Source: Candidatus Moraniibacteriota bacterium
GTDB taxonomy: Bacteria; Patescibacteriota; Minisyncoccia; Moranbacterales; DUUL01
Assembly: GCA_041583775.1 (NCBI GenBank)
Contig: JBFHFF010000009.1
Location: 1-53,311 of the forward strand
DNA length: 53,311 nucleotides
Direction: 5' to 3'
Positions 10,076 through 20,056 of the stretch are shown here, piece after piece (positions within the stretch are counted from its first letter, which is position 1; each line of letters begins with the position of its first letter). The notes beneath the pieces were generated by a model that did not search any database, had not been told where the DNA came from, and worked only from the letters and a program-made list of their open reading frames with translations. Made by a program: the position numbers and the translations under genes.

Positions 10076-10795
10076 TTATTTTCTAGCAACAATTCCTACT
10101 ATAATGGCATATCGAGGATCTGAAAACTCTAATTCTGCTTCCGTTAGCTCTTCCGTTCCCATACCAACCCAAAATGCTTGTCCGGAAAGAACATTTCCAT
10201 AAGAAATTATCTTATTTTTCTTAGAAGGAAAAATTCTATCGAAAACATATCTCATGGATGTTTGTGTAAATCTCCAATAAGAAAATTCCACTTGAGCTGC
10301 AACACCCATCGCCGAAACAGTAGCAATTAAAACACCTCCGGGCTTCAATATTCGATAACATTCCTTAATTGATTTTTGATATTCATCAATTATGCCAAAA
10401 ACATGCGTGGCAATTATGCAATCATATTTATCATCTACGATGTTATTTAAATCCCTTAAATCGCCTTTTATATTAGCCTTTTTATTCTTTTCGTCTATAT
10501 CCAAAACATCACTTTTTGTAACACGATTTTCCCCGAATTTAATAGTGTAGGCATTATCAGTTATTTCCAAACAATGACCTTTTATGTACTCCTTGTGTTC
10601 ATCTAAAAATTTATTAATATAATATCGATCAATAGGTGTTCCACGGTCAAAACCATAACACTTACTAATGGGTTTTAGCGAGCGTTTTTTGGTATTAAAT
10701 AGAAAATAACTTTTCTTTGGTTTAATAAGTAAAGTAAAAAAAATACGTATTTTTTTTACTAACATTGCGAATCTTTCAATATTTTTGTTAAACAT
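10076..10795 (-). CDS. Class I SAM-dependent methyltransferase (polysaccharide-cluster type)
   Basis: GFDRGTPIDRYYI, LEI, YDCII, RILKPGGVL, YWRFT. Confidence 0.8.
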   Translation of the reverse strand: MFNKNIERFAMLVKKIRIFFTLLIKPKKSYFLFNTKKRSLKPISKCYGFDRGTPIDRYYINKFLDEHKEYIKGHCLEITDNAYTIKFGENRVTKSDVLDIDEKNKKANIKGDLRDLNNIVDDKYDCIIATHVFGIIDEYQKSIKECYRILKPGGVLIATVSAMGVAAQVEFSYWRFTQTSMRYVFDRIFPSKKNKIISYGNVLSGQAFWVGMGTEELTEAELEFSDPRYAIIVGIVARK

Positions 10796-10799
10796 AAAT

Positions 10800-12536
10800 T
10801 TATAAGAATAATTTTATTAATTTACGAAAAATCACAACGGAAGGAGAAAATGTTGTTAAAAATTCCTCATTTGCATGAGAACTGTTTATGCCTATTCTTG
10901 GAACAGAAAAAACATCTATACCACCTCTAATTATTCCATCGTCCATTGAAAATCCCATTAAATAACCAGCTGACCGAACTATTTTTTTAATTTCCTTATC
11001 ATAAAAACCTTTTGGATAAGCAAAAGACTCTACTATTAAATCATACTTTTCTTCTAATTTCTTTTTTGATAAACGAATTTCTTCATCTAACTCTTCTGCA
11101 CTAAGGTCCTTAAAGTCTTTATGTGTGGCGCTGTGTGAACCTATTTTCCAACCGTCTTTTTTTAAAACTTCTATGTCATTTTTAGCTAAAAATTCTTTAT
11201 CTGAACCCAGTGCCTCCCTTGAAACTCTCTCTTTATCACTCAAAACAAATATAAGTGGTTTTATTTTCTTATATAAAAGAAACTCTCTCACTACTAAAAC
11301 ATCTTTATAGCCATCGTCAAATGTGAGCAAGCAAACTTTCTCTACATTACTTTCGTCTCTTTTTTTCAATAATTTATAGAATTCTTTTGAATCTACAAAA
11401 ACATAACCCTCTTTAAGCAATAAATTGATTTGTTTTTTAAAATCTTCCACTGAAACATCAAAAAATGATTCCTTCTTATCATTTACGCCATGGTAACATA
11501 AGACAATCATTTTGTTTTTTAAAAACAAAACATCATCAACAAACCTCAAGATTCTATACAATGTCCTTCGAAAAAAAACTTGTTTACTCAACCTTAACAA
11601 TATTGAATCTTGCTTATTCTTGTTTATGTTATGATCTTTTGTACTAATTGAGATATCCCATACATTTGAACTTTTTTTAGAAAAAAGTGATAATATCCTC
11701 ATATACAAAGTCACTAAAACATTAAATGTCATAAGAAGGGGTCTTCTAAAAAAACAAGTAATTGCCTTTTTAAGAATTAAACCTATGGGCAAATGATATT
11801 CTTTTCTAATAAAATCTTTTCCAAAAATTTCGTTAAATCTCTCTTTTGAATCATTAAAACGCAAACTTTGTTTTTTGTGATCTAATAAATTATCTGGCAA
11901 TTTAATATATATCTTAGCGTCTTTCATATTTGCATATTTAAAACCATTTTTTAAACAGTATAAATAAGAATAAGCATCTTCGCCCACACTTTCTGTAAAA
12001 GTAATGCTTCTATATAAATTTTTTGAAAAAGCTCTTCCAGCACCATAACATGTAAATAAATTTAACCCTTTTTTATAATTTTGAAAAATTGTTTTCTTAA
12101 AATCAAAACTTGTTTTCAAAACTTTTCCAATAAATGTTTCTGCTTTCAATGCCATTAAATCAGCAGAAACTAGGTCAGCCCTATCTTCAATAATTGGTTG
12201 TATTATTTTATTGATGAAAAATTTATCAGGAACTGCAATGTCTGCATTAAGTAAAATAAGTATCTCAGAATTACAATGTTTAAAAATTTGATTCATACGA
12301 ACTGCCACACCTCTTCTTTCCTTGTTTTCAAATATTTCAATTTCCGATAAATTAAATTTCTTGGCTTCCTCTATAGTATTATCATTACTTCCGTCAGAAG
12401 CAATTATTATCTTATCGATAGAAAAATTTTTTTGGTCTTGTGATAAAATTTCTTTAATCAATTTCCCAATATTTAGCTCCTCGTTATAAGCAGGTATTCC
12501 TATTGAAATTGTTGGTTTTTTCCTCTTTTTCTCCAT
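10800..12536 (-). CDS. Fusion of GT2 glycosyltransferase and CE4 polysaccharide deacetylase (IcaB/PgaB-like)
   Basis: IPAYNEE, DGSND, NAD, GED in the N-half; LCYH, TFDDG, GSHSATH, FAYPKG, VPRI in the C-half; start set at ATG 12536. Confidence 0.85.
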   Translation of the reverse strand: MEKKRKKPTISIGIPAYNEELNIGKLIKEILSQDQKNFSIDKIIIASDGSNDNTIEEAKKFNLSEIEIFENKERRGVAVRMNQIFKHCNSEILILLNADIAVPDKFFINKIIQPIIEDRADLVSADLMALKAETFIGKVLKTSFDFKKTIFQNYKKGLNLFTCYGAGRAFSKNLYRSITFTESVGEDAYSYLYCLKNGFKYANMKDAKIYIKLPDNLLDHKKQSLRFNDSKERFNEIFGKDFIRKEYHLPIGLILKKAITCFFRRPLLMTFNVLVTLYMRILSLFSKKSSNVWDISISTKDHNINKNKQDSILLRLSKQVFFRRTLYRILRFVDDVLFLKNKMIVLCYHGVNDKKESFFDVSVEDFKKQINLLLKEGYVFVDSKEFYKLLKKRDESNVEKVCLLTFDDGYKDVLVVREFLLYKKIKPLIFVLSDKERVSREALGSDKEFLAKNDIEVLKKDGWKIGSHSATHKDFKDLSAEELDEEIRLSKKKLEEKYDLIVESFAYPKGFYDKEIKKIVRSAGYLMGFSMDDGIIRGGIDVFSVPRIGINSSHANEEFLTTFSPSVVIFRKLIKLFL

Positions 12537-12540
12537 AAAT

Positions 12541-15500
12541 CTATTTATTACCAATAAACAATGCGAACTCTTTACTGCTTTTCTCCCAATTAAAGTTCTC
12601 TGCCCATTTTCTAGCAGCTACACTCATCTTATCACGATATTCCTTATTCTCTATTACATATAAAATCTTTTCAGCAAATCCATCAACATTGCCATAAGGA
12701 ACCAGATATCCTGATTCACTATCCTTAACAGAATCACGCAAACCAGAAACATTTGAAGCAATCACGGCAGTTCCACAAGCATTAGCCTCAATCACAACCA
12801 CCCCCCAACCCTCAGCCAAGGAAGGATTGACTAAAACCCAAGCACTTTGCATTAACTTAACTCTTTCTTCATCAGACACTCTCCCCATAAAAATTATTTG
12901 CTCAGATTTAAATCCCATTTCTTTGGCAAGACTTTTCAAATATTTTTCAGCATCACCACCTCCTGCAATCACCAAGAAAGCTTTTTTATTTTTTTCCAAA
13001 ACTTTTTTAAATGCACGGATAAGCACATCTATTGATTTATAGGCACGCAACCTTCCGAGATAAAGAACCATTGGTCTTGTGCTTTTGTCTCCCACAACAA
13101 ACTCATTAAGGTTAACTCCGTTATGAACAATTTCTATCCCTGCTTTTCCAATTCCTATTTTTTCCATCGCTTGCTTACTAGAATTAGAAACAGTGATAAA
13201 CTTTACTTTCCGATAAACTAAAGGCATTAAGTCTTTCTCCAAAAAACTCGCCAATAATGCTAACGGCTTTGACAAAGAGTGAAAGAAGACATCTTGATGA
13301 ATATGATGCAAAACAGCGAAGATTGGTTTGTGCACATATAATGGTGTAAAAAAAGGAATTCCATTTTCACAGTCTATCACCAAATCATATTTGCCCCTAA
13401 AGCGGAAAATATAATAAAGAAATGCCCAGAAATAAACCAAATAAAAACCTCCTCTTCTAACAATAACAATGCCATCAATAATATTTTCTCTTTTTTGTCT
13501 ACCATCGTTTCCACAAAAAATTGTCACATGATTACCTTCCTTAACCCAATTTTTGGCAATTTCATGAATATATGTTTCCGCTCCACCAGCGAAGGCGTGT
13601 GTAATATCCCTCCAATTGAAAATCAATATTCTTTTAGCCGTTCCAATATTAGGCTCTGTTTTTGGCAATCCATTGACAAAAATTCCGAAAAAATCTTTTA
13701 TCGATCTATTCAAAAAAGGTATATAGTTTTCCAACAAATGAAAAATGCTCGATACAAAAAAATTCAACAAGCTAACAATCAAAAAAACTCTGATCACGGT
13801 AGATATGCTATCATGTAAAAACCATATTACCCCAATAAGCACAAGGGATGATACTAATGAAATATAAGTAAAAATATATTGTTTTTTTGCCAAATGATAA
13901 GTAACAATAGTATTTGAAATTGCAAATATTCCCACTGCCAAACAATACATTGGTAGCCAACCCACTATTGTAAGTGCCTTTTCTCCAAACAACAATGGAC
14001 TAGTGAAAAATCCCAAAAAACCAAAGATCACAACACCTAAACCAGCCAAACCAACAACACTTGCTAGCGTCATGCGAAATATTTTTTTGGAACTCTGCCT
14101 CAGGCTCTCTTTTCTGCTAACAAAAGGAACGATAAAAATTAATGGTAGTGTTGCCAAAAAATAAACCATTTTTCCGGAAAGAGCTATTATTGAATATTGC
14201 CCAGTAATTTCTTCGTTAAAAAAATGCTTAACTAAGATCATATCTATACTCAAAAAAACAACATAAGAAAGAGTTAACATTATGGAAGAAAAGAAAAAGT
14301 GGAGTGGAAAATGATTGCTACTCTTTAAAATAACCTCTTTGTTTCTAGATAAACCAACTCTATTTACAAATATCCCTCCTACCAAAGCTGCTACCGCTAA
14401 AGCTAACGGTATTGATAAATAAACCAAACTTCCTCTCCCAATAAACACAAAAATAAATGCAAAACAAATTTTAGCTAATGGCTCTACAACAAAAACTATC
14501 GCAGACAAACCAAAAAGTAGTTTTCCATTTAAATAACCATTAAAAGAACTATCAAAAAACCCAAATAAAATTGCCGGGGCAAATAAAATCAACACCCAAG
14601 CGTTGCTAATCTGAAAAAATTTTGACAACACAGGACTCAATAAAACCAAAATCACTATCACAAAAACAACAAAATATGAGCCTCTTAAAATAGTCCTTCT
14701 AAGAAAGCTTCTTGCTACTCCATCCTCATTTCGGGCAACAAGATATGAAACTCTGTGATTAATGGTAGTAGAAACTCCTCCAATAAAGATGGTTGCTATA
14801 TACCAAAGAGTTGTCACAAAAACAATTAACCCCAACTCAGAATATGATAATTTCCTTGTTAAAAATGCATTGAATGCAAAATTAATGAGATTGCTTATCA
14901 CCATAGCAATCAAAAGAACTCCCTTGCTTGAGAAAGAAAATTTCACAACTTCCTGCAAAAATAGTCTCAGTTTTTTATTTTTCAACAAACCGATTCTTTT
15001 ATTAATTCTGCTAGTAGTTTTTTCAAAACTAAAACTAGAAATCCTCAACAAAGATGATTTATTGGAGTCTCTTTTGGAAATCTTATTTTCAATAAAGGCC
15101 TTATAAACAGCCCTAGAAACAAAACCAAATTTAACTATCTTTTTATAGATGTAATTCTTTTCTAAAAATTCTAAAATTTTTCTTCGCCTTTCCGTGCTTT
15201 TAGTGGGAATTAAATGCAAACCATGATTTGTTTTTTCCCAATAATGAGGTTTGACAAAAAGTTGATAGGCCGCGATTAACGCTGCAATACTAACCATTAT
15301 CCAGTAAATTGGTACCAAAAAGACATATTTTATAATCTGATAATGCCCTCTTTTGGCACAACCAATCATATAATAAAAAATAAACAAAAAGTTTCCAAAA
15401 ACCAAAGATACTATGGCAATGTAGAAAACCCAAGTTGGAAAAAGTGATCTAATTATTCCACCAACATATTCGTTTGATGAAAAATAAACAATGGTTGTAA

Positions 15501-17364
15501 TCCATAAAATAGGATTAATGACCATAAAAGAGATTTTACCACCAACTACCAATTGAAATATCAACGCGTGCCAACCATTTTTTTTCACAAATTGAACAGG
15601 ATTTCGCATATGCACTAAATAGGTTTGCATATAGCCCTTAATCCAACGAGATCTTTGTCTTAACCAATTTTTAAAATTACTATTAGCCTCCTCAAGTGTA
15701 ACGGAGTCAATAATTGCGGTCCTAAAGCCCTTAGCAAAAAGCCTAATCCCCAAATCACAATCCTCGGTCACATTGAAAGGATCCCAACCTTTAAGTGCAA
15801 CCAAATCCTTGGTACGAAAATGGTTACTGGTTCCTCCAAGTGGAATTGAGGTATTAATACTTTGCAATCCTGGCAAGGAGATATCAAACCACAAAGAATA
15901 TTCTGCCGTAAAAAGACGAGTTAAAATATTTTGATTAGGGTTGAAATAATTAAGCTTTGCCTGAAGACACAAAACATTTGATGCTGACTTTTGAAAACCC
16001 AAAAAAGCTTTTTTTAATTGCCAAGGATCAGGAACATCTTCGGCGTCATAAATCACAATATATTCACCTTTTGCATAAGAAATTCCATAATTACAAGCCT
16101 TGGGTTTGGTTTTTGGAAAAGAATGTGGAACAACAATAATTTTTATAAAATCTGGCAAATTCATTTCTCTAGCAGACTGAACCGTTTCCTGATCATTTTC
16201 TTCTAACAAAAGCAAAACTTCGAGTTTATCTTTTGGCCATTCCATTTTTTTTATAGCGTCCACAAAATGAGGCAATATGTGCGCCTCTTTGTAAAGAGGA
16301 CAAAAAATTGAATAGATTGGTAAAGAGTTGTCATCAATTGCAAGCAACTCTTCTTCGGTGCTTATTATCTCTGGTGGATTAATTAGGCTCCTTAGAACCA
16401 ACACCAAGTTAAAAATAACATCAACAAAATACAAAACACTTATGCCTGCCAAAAAGATAATTCCTGTAAGAAGAGGATCAGTAAATAATCCAAAAACTAC
16501 TACCGCAAAGATAAGAAACATAAAGATCTTTTGCCACAAAGAAAAAGTGCTGAGTGCTGATATGTCATGATGTAGCGTTGTATGAGTAATAAAATGTTGT
16601 CCTCCATGCTTCACCCCCGCTCCGCGCATATGGAGATCTGATTCAGCCTCAACAAGAAGTGGTGCTCGACCTTTTGTCTTTAGAGCAATGGCATTCCAAC
16701 CAATTTCAAGAGCAGCCGCAAACACATTTATTTTTGATTTTCCAATAACACGCTCATCAAATTTTATATCCATTGATTCTATCGTGTAGCCATAGTTTTT
16801 CGCAGAAAGTAGGAATTCCAAATCAAATGTCCAAGGGGATGGATTAAGTTTAGCTTCTTTTGTTATTTTTCTGCGAAAAACCTTCAACCCCGATTGCACA
16901 TCACAATCCAAATCATGCAATAACCTAGCAAAAACAAACTTAAAAGACTTACTCAAAAAAGATCTTAGAAAGCTAGTTTCTTTTTCAACACGATTAGCAA
17001 CTACAATATCAGCACCTTGTTCGATTTTTTCCGCCATTTCCACAATGGCCTCTGGGGGATATTGCAAATCAGCGTCTATCATCGCAACCATTTCGTTTTT
17101 CACATATTCAAACCCCTCAATAATAGAGTATGCTTTACCAGGCTTTCCTTTTTTCAAAAAGAGCTTTATTGGAAGAATTTTTTTATATTCTCTTTTTAAA
17201 TTAGAAATCACTTTCCTAGTTCTATCAGAAGAATTGTCATCTATAAAAATAATCTCACCTGAAAAACCACTATCCAAAAAAGATTGTGAAATTCTCTTAA
17301 CCAACTTTCTCACATTACCTTCTTCGTTAAGAGTAGGGATTATTACTGAAATATTTCTGTTCAT
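12541..17364 (-). CDS. Four-module fusion: DPM-synthase-like GT2, processive membrane GT2, Wzx/MATE-like flippase, GT4
   Basis: IPTLNEE/DDNSSD/DADLQ/DVQSGLK; PLYKE/YDAED/TEDCDLG/QRSRW; long TM block with DMILVKHFF..GQYS; GGAE/GRLRAYK/EGWGVVVIEANACG. Confidence 0.88.
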   Translation of the reverse strand: MNRNISVIIPTLNEEGNVRKLVKRISQSFLDSGFSGEIIFIDDNSSDRTRKVISNLKREYKKILPIKLFLKKGKPGKAYSIIEGFEYVKNEMVAMIDADLQYPPEAIVEMAEKIEQGADIVVANRVEKETSFLRSFLSKSFKFVFARLLHDLDCDVQSGLKVFRRKITKEAKLNPSPWTFDLEFLLSAKNYGYTIESMDIKFDERVIGKSKINVFAAALEIGWNAIALKTKGRAPLLVEAESDLHMRGAGVKHGGQHFITHTTLHHDISALSTFSLWQKIFMFLIFAVVVFGLFTDPLLTGIIFLAGISVLYFVDVIFNLVLVLRSLINPPEIISTEEELLAIDDNSLPIYSIFCPLYKEAHILPHFVDAIKKMEWPKDKLEVLLLLEENDQETVQSAREMNLPDFIKIIVVPHSFPKTKPKACNYGISYAKGEYIVIYDAEDVPDPWQLKKAFLGFQKSASNVLCLQAKLNYFNPNQNILTRLFTAEYSLWFDISLPGLQSINTSIPLGGTSNHFRTKDLVALKGWDPFNVTEDCDLGIRLFAKGFRTAIIDSVTLEEANSNFKNWLRQRSRWIKGYMQTYLVHMRNPVQFVKKNGWHALIFQLVVGGKISFMVINPILWITTIVYFSSNEYVGGIIRSLFPTWVFYIAIVSLVFGNFLFIFYYMIGCAKRGHYQIIKYVFLVPIYWIMVSIAALIAAYQLFVKPHYWEKTNHGLHLIPTKSTERRRKILEFLEKNYIYKKIVKFGFVSRAVYKAFIENKISKRDSNKSSLLRISSFSFEKTTSRINKRIGLLKNKKLRLFLQEVVKFSFSSKGVLLIAMVISNLINFAFNAFLTRKLSYSELGLIVFVTTLWYIATIFIGGVSTTINHRVSYLVARNEDGVARSFLRRTILRGSYFVVFVIVILVLLSPVLSKFFQISNAWVLILFAPAILFGFFDSSFNGYLNGKLLFGLSAIVFVVEPLAKICFAFIFVFIGRGSLVYLSIPLALAVAALVGGIFVNRVGLSRNKEVILKSSNHFPLHFFFSSIMLTLSYVVFLSIDMILVKHFFNEEITGQYSIIALSGKMVYFLATLPLIFIVPFVSRKESLRQSSKKIFRMTLASVVGLAGLGVVIFGFLGFFTSPLLFGEKALTIVGWLPMYCLAVGIFAISNTIVTYHLAKKQYIFTYISLVSSLVLIGVIWFLHDSISTVIRVFLIVSLLNFFVSSIFHLLENYIPFLNRSIKDFFGIFVNGLPKTEPNIGTAKRILIFNWRDITHAFAGGAETYIHEIAKNWVKEGNHVTIFCGNDGRQKRENIIDGIVIVRRGGFYLVYFWAFLYYIFRFRGKYDLVIDCENGIPFFTPLYVHKPIFAVLHHIHQDVFFHSLSKPLALLASFLEKDLMPLVYRKVKFITVSNSSKQAMEKIGIGKAGIEIVHNGVNLNEFVVGDKSTRPMVLYLGRLRAYKSIDVLIRAFKKVLEKNKKAFLVIAGGGDAEKYLKSLAKEMGFKSEQIIFMGRVSDEERVKLMQSAWVLVNPSLAEGWGVVVIEANACGTAVIASNVSGLRDSVKDSESGYLVPYGNVDGFAEKILYVIENKEYRDKMSVAARKWAENFNWEKSSKEFALFIGNK

Positions 17365-17416
17365 ATTTCTTCTGATTTTATAGATTTCCTTGTTTTAAAA
17401 ACAAGGTTCTTTTATT

Positions 17417-17490
17417 AAAAAACGCTCGAAAAATAGAAGTGTAAACACCCCAGTTAATCCGAGCGAATTTTGTATTGAATCCATTTCGCT
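17417..17490 (-). promoter_or_regulatory. Candidate leader attenuator (terminator with overlapping alternative stem) of the glycan operon
   Basis: Minus strand CGCTCGGA...TTCGAGCG-TTTTTT; upstream AGCGAA can pair with TTCGCT, which overlaps the 5' arm. Confidence 0.4.
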
Positions 17491-17591
17491 ATCTAAATAA
17501 CTAGTGATATCCACAAACTACTATCCAATTATAAACTTTGTAAACTACTATGAATCTCAGGGAAAATCATCATTGATTCTGTTAGTTATTC

Positions 17592-17620
17592 ATAATATAG
17601 TTAAAAATAACAAAAGTCAA
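17592..17620 (-). promoter_or_regulatory. Candidate sigma70 promoter of the glycan operon
   Basis: Minus strand TTGACT-N17-TATTAT. Confidence 0.55.
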
Positions 17621-17673
17621 TATTAATTAATAATTTATACCATAATTACTTAGATAAAACTCCTTTTTGAAAC

Positions 17674-17702
17674 AAAAAAACAGCCACCAGCGTGGCTGTT
17701 TT
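17674..17702 (-). terminator. Intrinsic terminator after pyrG
   Basis: Minus strand AAAACAGCCAC-GCTG-GTGGCTGTTTTTTT. Confidence 0.8.
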
Positions 17703-17723
17703 AAAAAATAAAAACACTTAAAC

Positions 17724-19388
17724 CTATTTCCCCTTATTCTTTGCCGCTTTAATAAATTGCAAAAACATTGGATTTGGAATCAAAGGCGATGATGTTAACT
17801 CTGGATGGAACTGACTTCCCATCATAAACGGATGCTCTTCTTTTGGAAGTTCTGCGATTTCCATCAAAGTTCCATTTGGTGATTTTCCAGAAAAAATCAA
17901 GCCTGCTTTTGTAATTCTCTCAATATATTCCGGATTTACTTCATATCGATGTCGATGCCTTTCTTCTATTTTTGTCTTTCCATATGCCTCAAATGCAAGT
18001 GTTCCTTTTTGAATTTCACATGGATAATCACCCAATCTCATCGTTGCACCATAATTTCCATTTGCAAGATTTTCCTTTTGCTCAGGCATTATATCAATAA
18101 CAGGATTATTTGTTTTGGGATTAATCTCAGTCGTATTAGCATCTGAAAGACCTAATACATTTCTTGCATATTCAACAACTAAAAGTTGCATTCCATAGCA
18201 AAGGCCTAGATAAGGAATCTTATTCTCTCGTGCAAACTTAATAGTTGCGATCTTACCCTCAATTCCCCTCTCTCCAAATCCACCAGGAACTATGATTCCG
18301 TCATATCTTGATAGATCCTTAATTTTTTCTGGATTTTTTTCATATTCTTCAGCACTCAACCACTCAATCTTAGCTTTTCTGCCCTCCGCTATTGATGCGT
18401 GCTTAACAGCTTCAATTACTGAAATGTAAGCATCGGAAAGAACGCATTCTCCTGTCCCAAAATATTTACCTACAATTCCAATCTTGATCTCCTTTTTGGC
18501 ATTTTTCATTTTTTCTATAAAAACATTCCAATCTCTCAGATCACTCTTCCTTGGCTCAAGTGAAAGCTTTTTCAAAATCAACTCACTTAGGTTGTCTTTT
18601 TCAAAATTAACAAGAACTTCATAAATTGAATCAATGTCTGGAGCTGAAATCACTGCTTCCTCTTTTATGTTGCAAAAAAGTGCAATTTTTTCTTTTCTTT
18701 TTTTATCAATTGGAGTTGAACTTCTGGCGATGATGATATCAGTTTGAATTCCTGCTGAATTTAAAGCACGAATTGCTTGTTGAGTTGGTTTTGTTTTCAT
18801 CTCACCTGTTTTTTCTGGATATGGGACATAGGTGATTGTCACATACAAAACACTGTTGTCATCTCTTTGAAGTTTCATTAAACGAGCCGCTTCTGTAAAA
18901 AGCATATTTTCATAATCACCAGTAGTTCCACCCACTTCGATTATCACAAAATCTGCTTTATTAACTTTTGCTGCCTTTTCTATTGTTTGGATGACCTCAT
19001 TTGTTACATGAGGGATGATCTGCACACATTTTCCTTTATATTCGAGATTTCGCTCTCTTTCTATAACTTTTTTATAAATACTTCCCGTTGTCATATAATT
19101 AGACGAAGGGAGTTTTACATTTAAAAATCTTTCATAATTTCCCATATCTTGATCTGTTTCCAAACCACTTGAGAGCACAAAAGTTTCACCATGTTCAGTG
19201 GGGTTCATAGTCCCAGCATCTACATTTACATAGGGATCAATCTTAACTGCTGTGACAGAATAACCTCTTGCCTGGATTATTTTAGCGATAGAAGAAGCTG
19301 ACACACCCTTTCCAATTCCACTCATAACTCCCCCGAAAATAAAGATATATTTGGCATCTTCAGCCCACTTTTTTTTCTCCATTGACAT
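17724..19388 (-). CDS. pyrG: CTP synthase
   Basis: GGVMSGIGKG, KIDPYVNVDAGTMNP, KTKPTQ, GLCYGMQ, RHRHRYE, QFHPE. Confidence 0.98.
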   Translation of the reverse strand: MSMEKKKWAEDAKYIFIFGGVMSGIGKGVSASSIAKIIQARGYSVTAVKIDPYVNVDAGTMNPTEHGETFVLSSGLETDQDMGNYERFLNVKLPSSNYMTTGSIYKKVIERERNLEYKGKCVQIIPHVTNEVIQTIEKAAKVNKADFVIIEVGGTTGDYENMLFTEAARLMKLQRDDNSVLYVTITYVPYPEKTGEMKTKPTQQAIRALNSAGIQTDIIIARSSTPIDKKRKEKIALFCNIKEEAVISAPDIDSIYEVLVNFEKDNLSELILKKLSLEPRKSDLRDWNVFIEKMKNAKKEIKIGIVGKYFGTGECVLSDAYISVIEAVKHASIAEGRKAKIEWLSAEEYEKNPEKIKDLSRYDGIIVPGGFGERGIEGKIATIKFARENKIPYLGLCYGMQLLVVEYARNVLGLSDANTTEINPKTNNPVIDIMPEQKENLANGNYGATMRLGDYPCEIQKGTLAFEAYGKTKIEERHRHRYEVNPEYIERITKAGLIFSGKSPNGTLMEIAELPKEEHPFMMGSQFHPELTSSPLIPNPMFLQFIKAAKNKGK

Positions 19389-19472
19389 AGTTTAAACTTT
19401 TAAATTAGGTTATTTCCACAAAAACTCCTGGGGACTTAATTTTCAAAGCAATTTTGCTTTAATTTTTTATAT

Positions 19473-19499
19473 AAAAAGCCGCTCCCCTGAGTAGCGACT
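19473..19499 (-). terminator. Intrinsic terminator after rplI
   Basis: Minus strand AGTCGCT-N9-AGCGGCT-TTTT. Confidence 0.6.
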
Positions 19500-19516
19500 G
19501 ATTTTTATAATAGCCT

Positions 19517-19963
19517 CTATTCTTTCTCTATTATTATTTTTATCATTGCTGAAACACCTTCAGCAAAACCGACTTTAACTGGATATTCTCCCAACTGTTT
19601 AATGGATTTTTTCAAACCAATATTGGCTCCTTTGATTTGATATTTTTCTTCTTCTAATTTCTCAATAATTTGTTTCTTATCAATCGAACCAAATAATTTT
19701 TCTGATGAATCCTGTGTTTTTGCAGTGATGAAAAAGCTTTTTCCATTAATTGCATCTGCTGTTTTTTTCATTTCAGCTAACAATTCTTCTTGTTCTTTTA
19801 TTTGTTGCGCTGCCAATTCTTTTGCTTGCTGAACATTGCCTTGTGTTGCAATTTTCGCAAGTTTCTTGGGGATTAAAAAGTTTCTGGCATATCCGTCAGC
19901 AACATTTTTCACCTCCCCTTTCTTTCCAACTCCTTTTATATCAGCTTGTAAAACTAGTTTCAT
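19517..19963 (-). CDS. rplI: 50S ribosomal protein L9
   Basis: [33 protein letters not shown]. Confidence 0.97.
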   Translation of the reverse strand: MKLVLQADIKGVGKKGEVKNVADGYARNFLIPKKLAKIATQGNVQQAKELAAQQIKEQEELLAEMKKTADAINGKSFFITAKTQDSSEKLFGSIDKKQIIEKLEEEKYQIKGANIGLKKSIKQLGEYPVKVGFAEGVSAMIKIIIEKE

Positions 19964-20056
19964 ATCCTTGTTTTGCTTTTAAAAATTAGCAATTTTTCCG
20001 TTATTTTCAGTTTACCCAAAAAATAAAACCTTTGCAATAGTCATATTCTATATTTT

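Noticed and set aside
17365-17590. c-di-GMP riboswitch or ops/JUMPstart element in the glycan operon leader
   Set aside because: Consensus motifs not recognisable; kept only as an unknown attenuator candidate
19389-19500. Bacillus-type pyrG reiterative-transcription attenuator
   Set aside because: The hairpin sits right after rplI and is adequately explained as its terminator; no clear promoter with a GGGC start was seen
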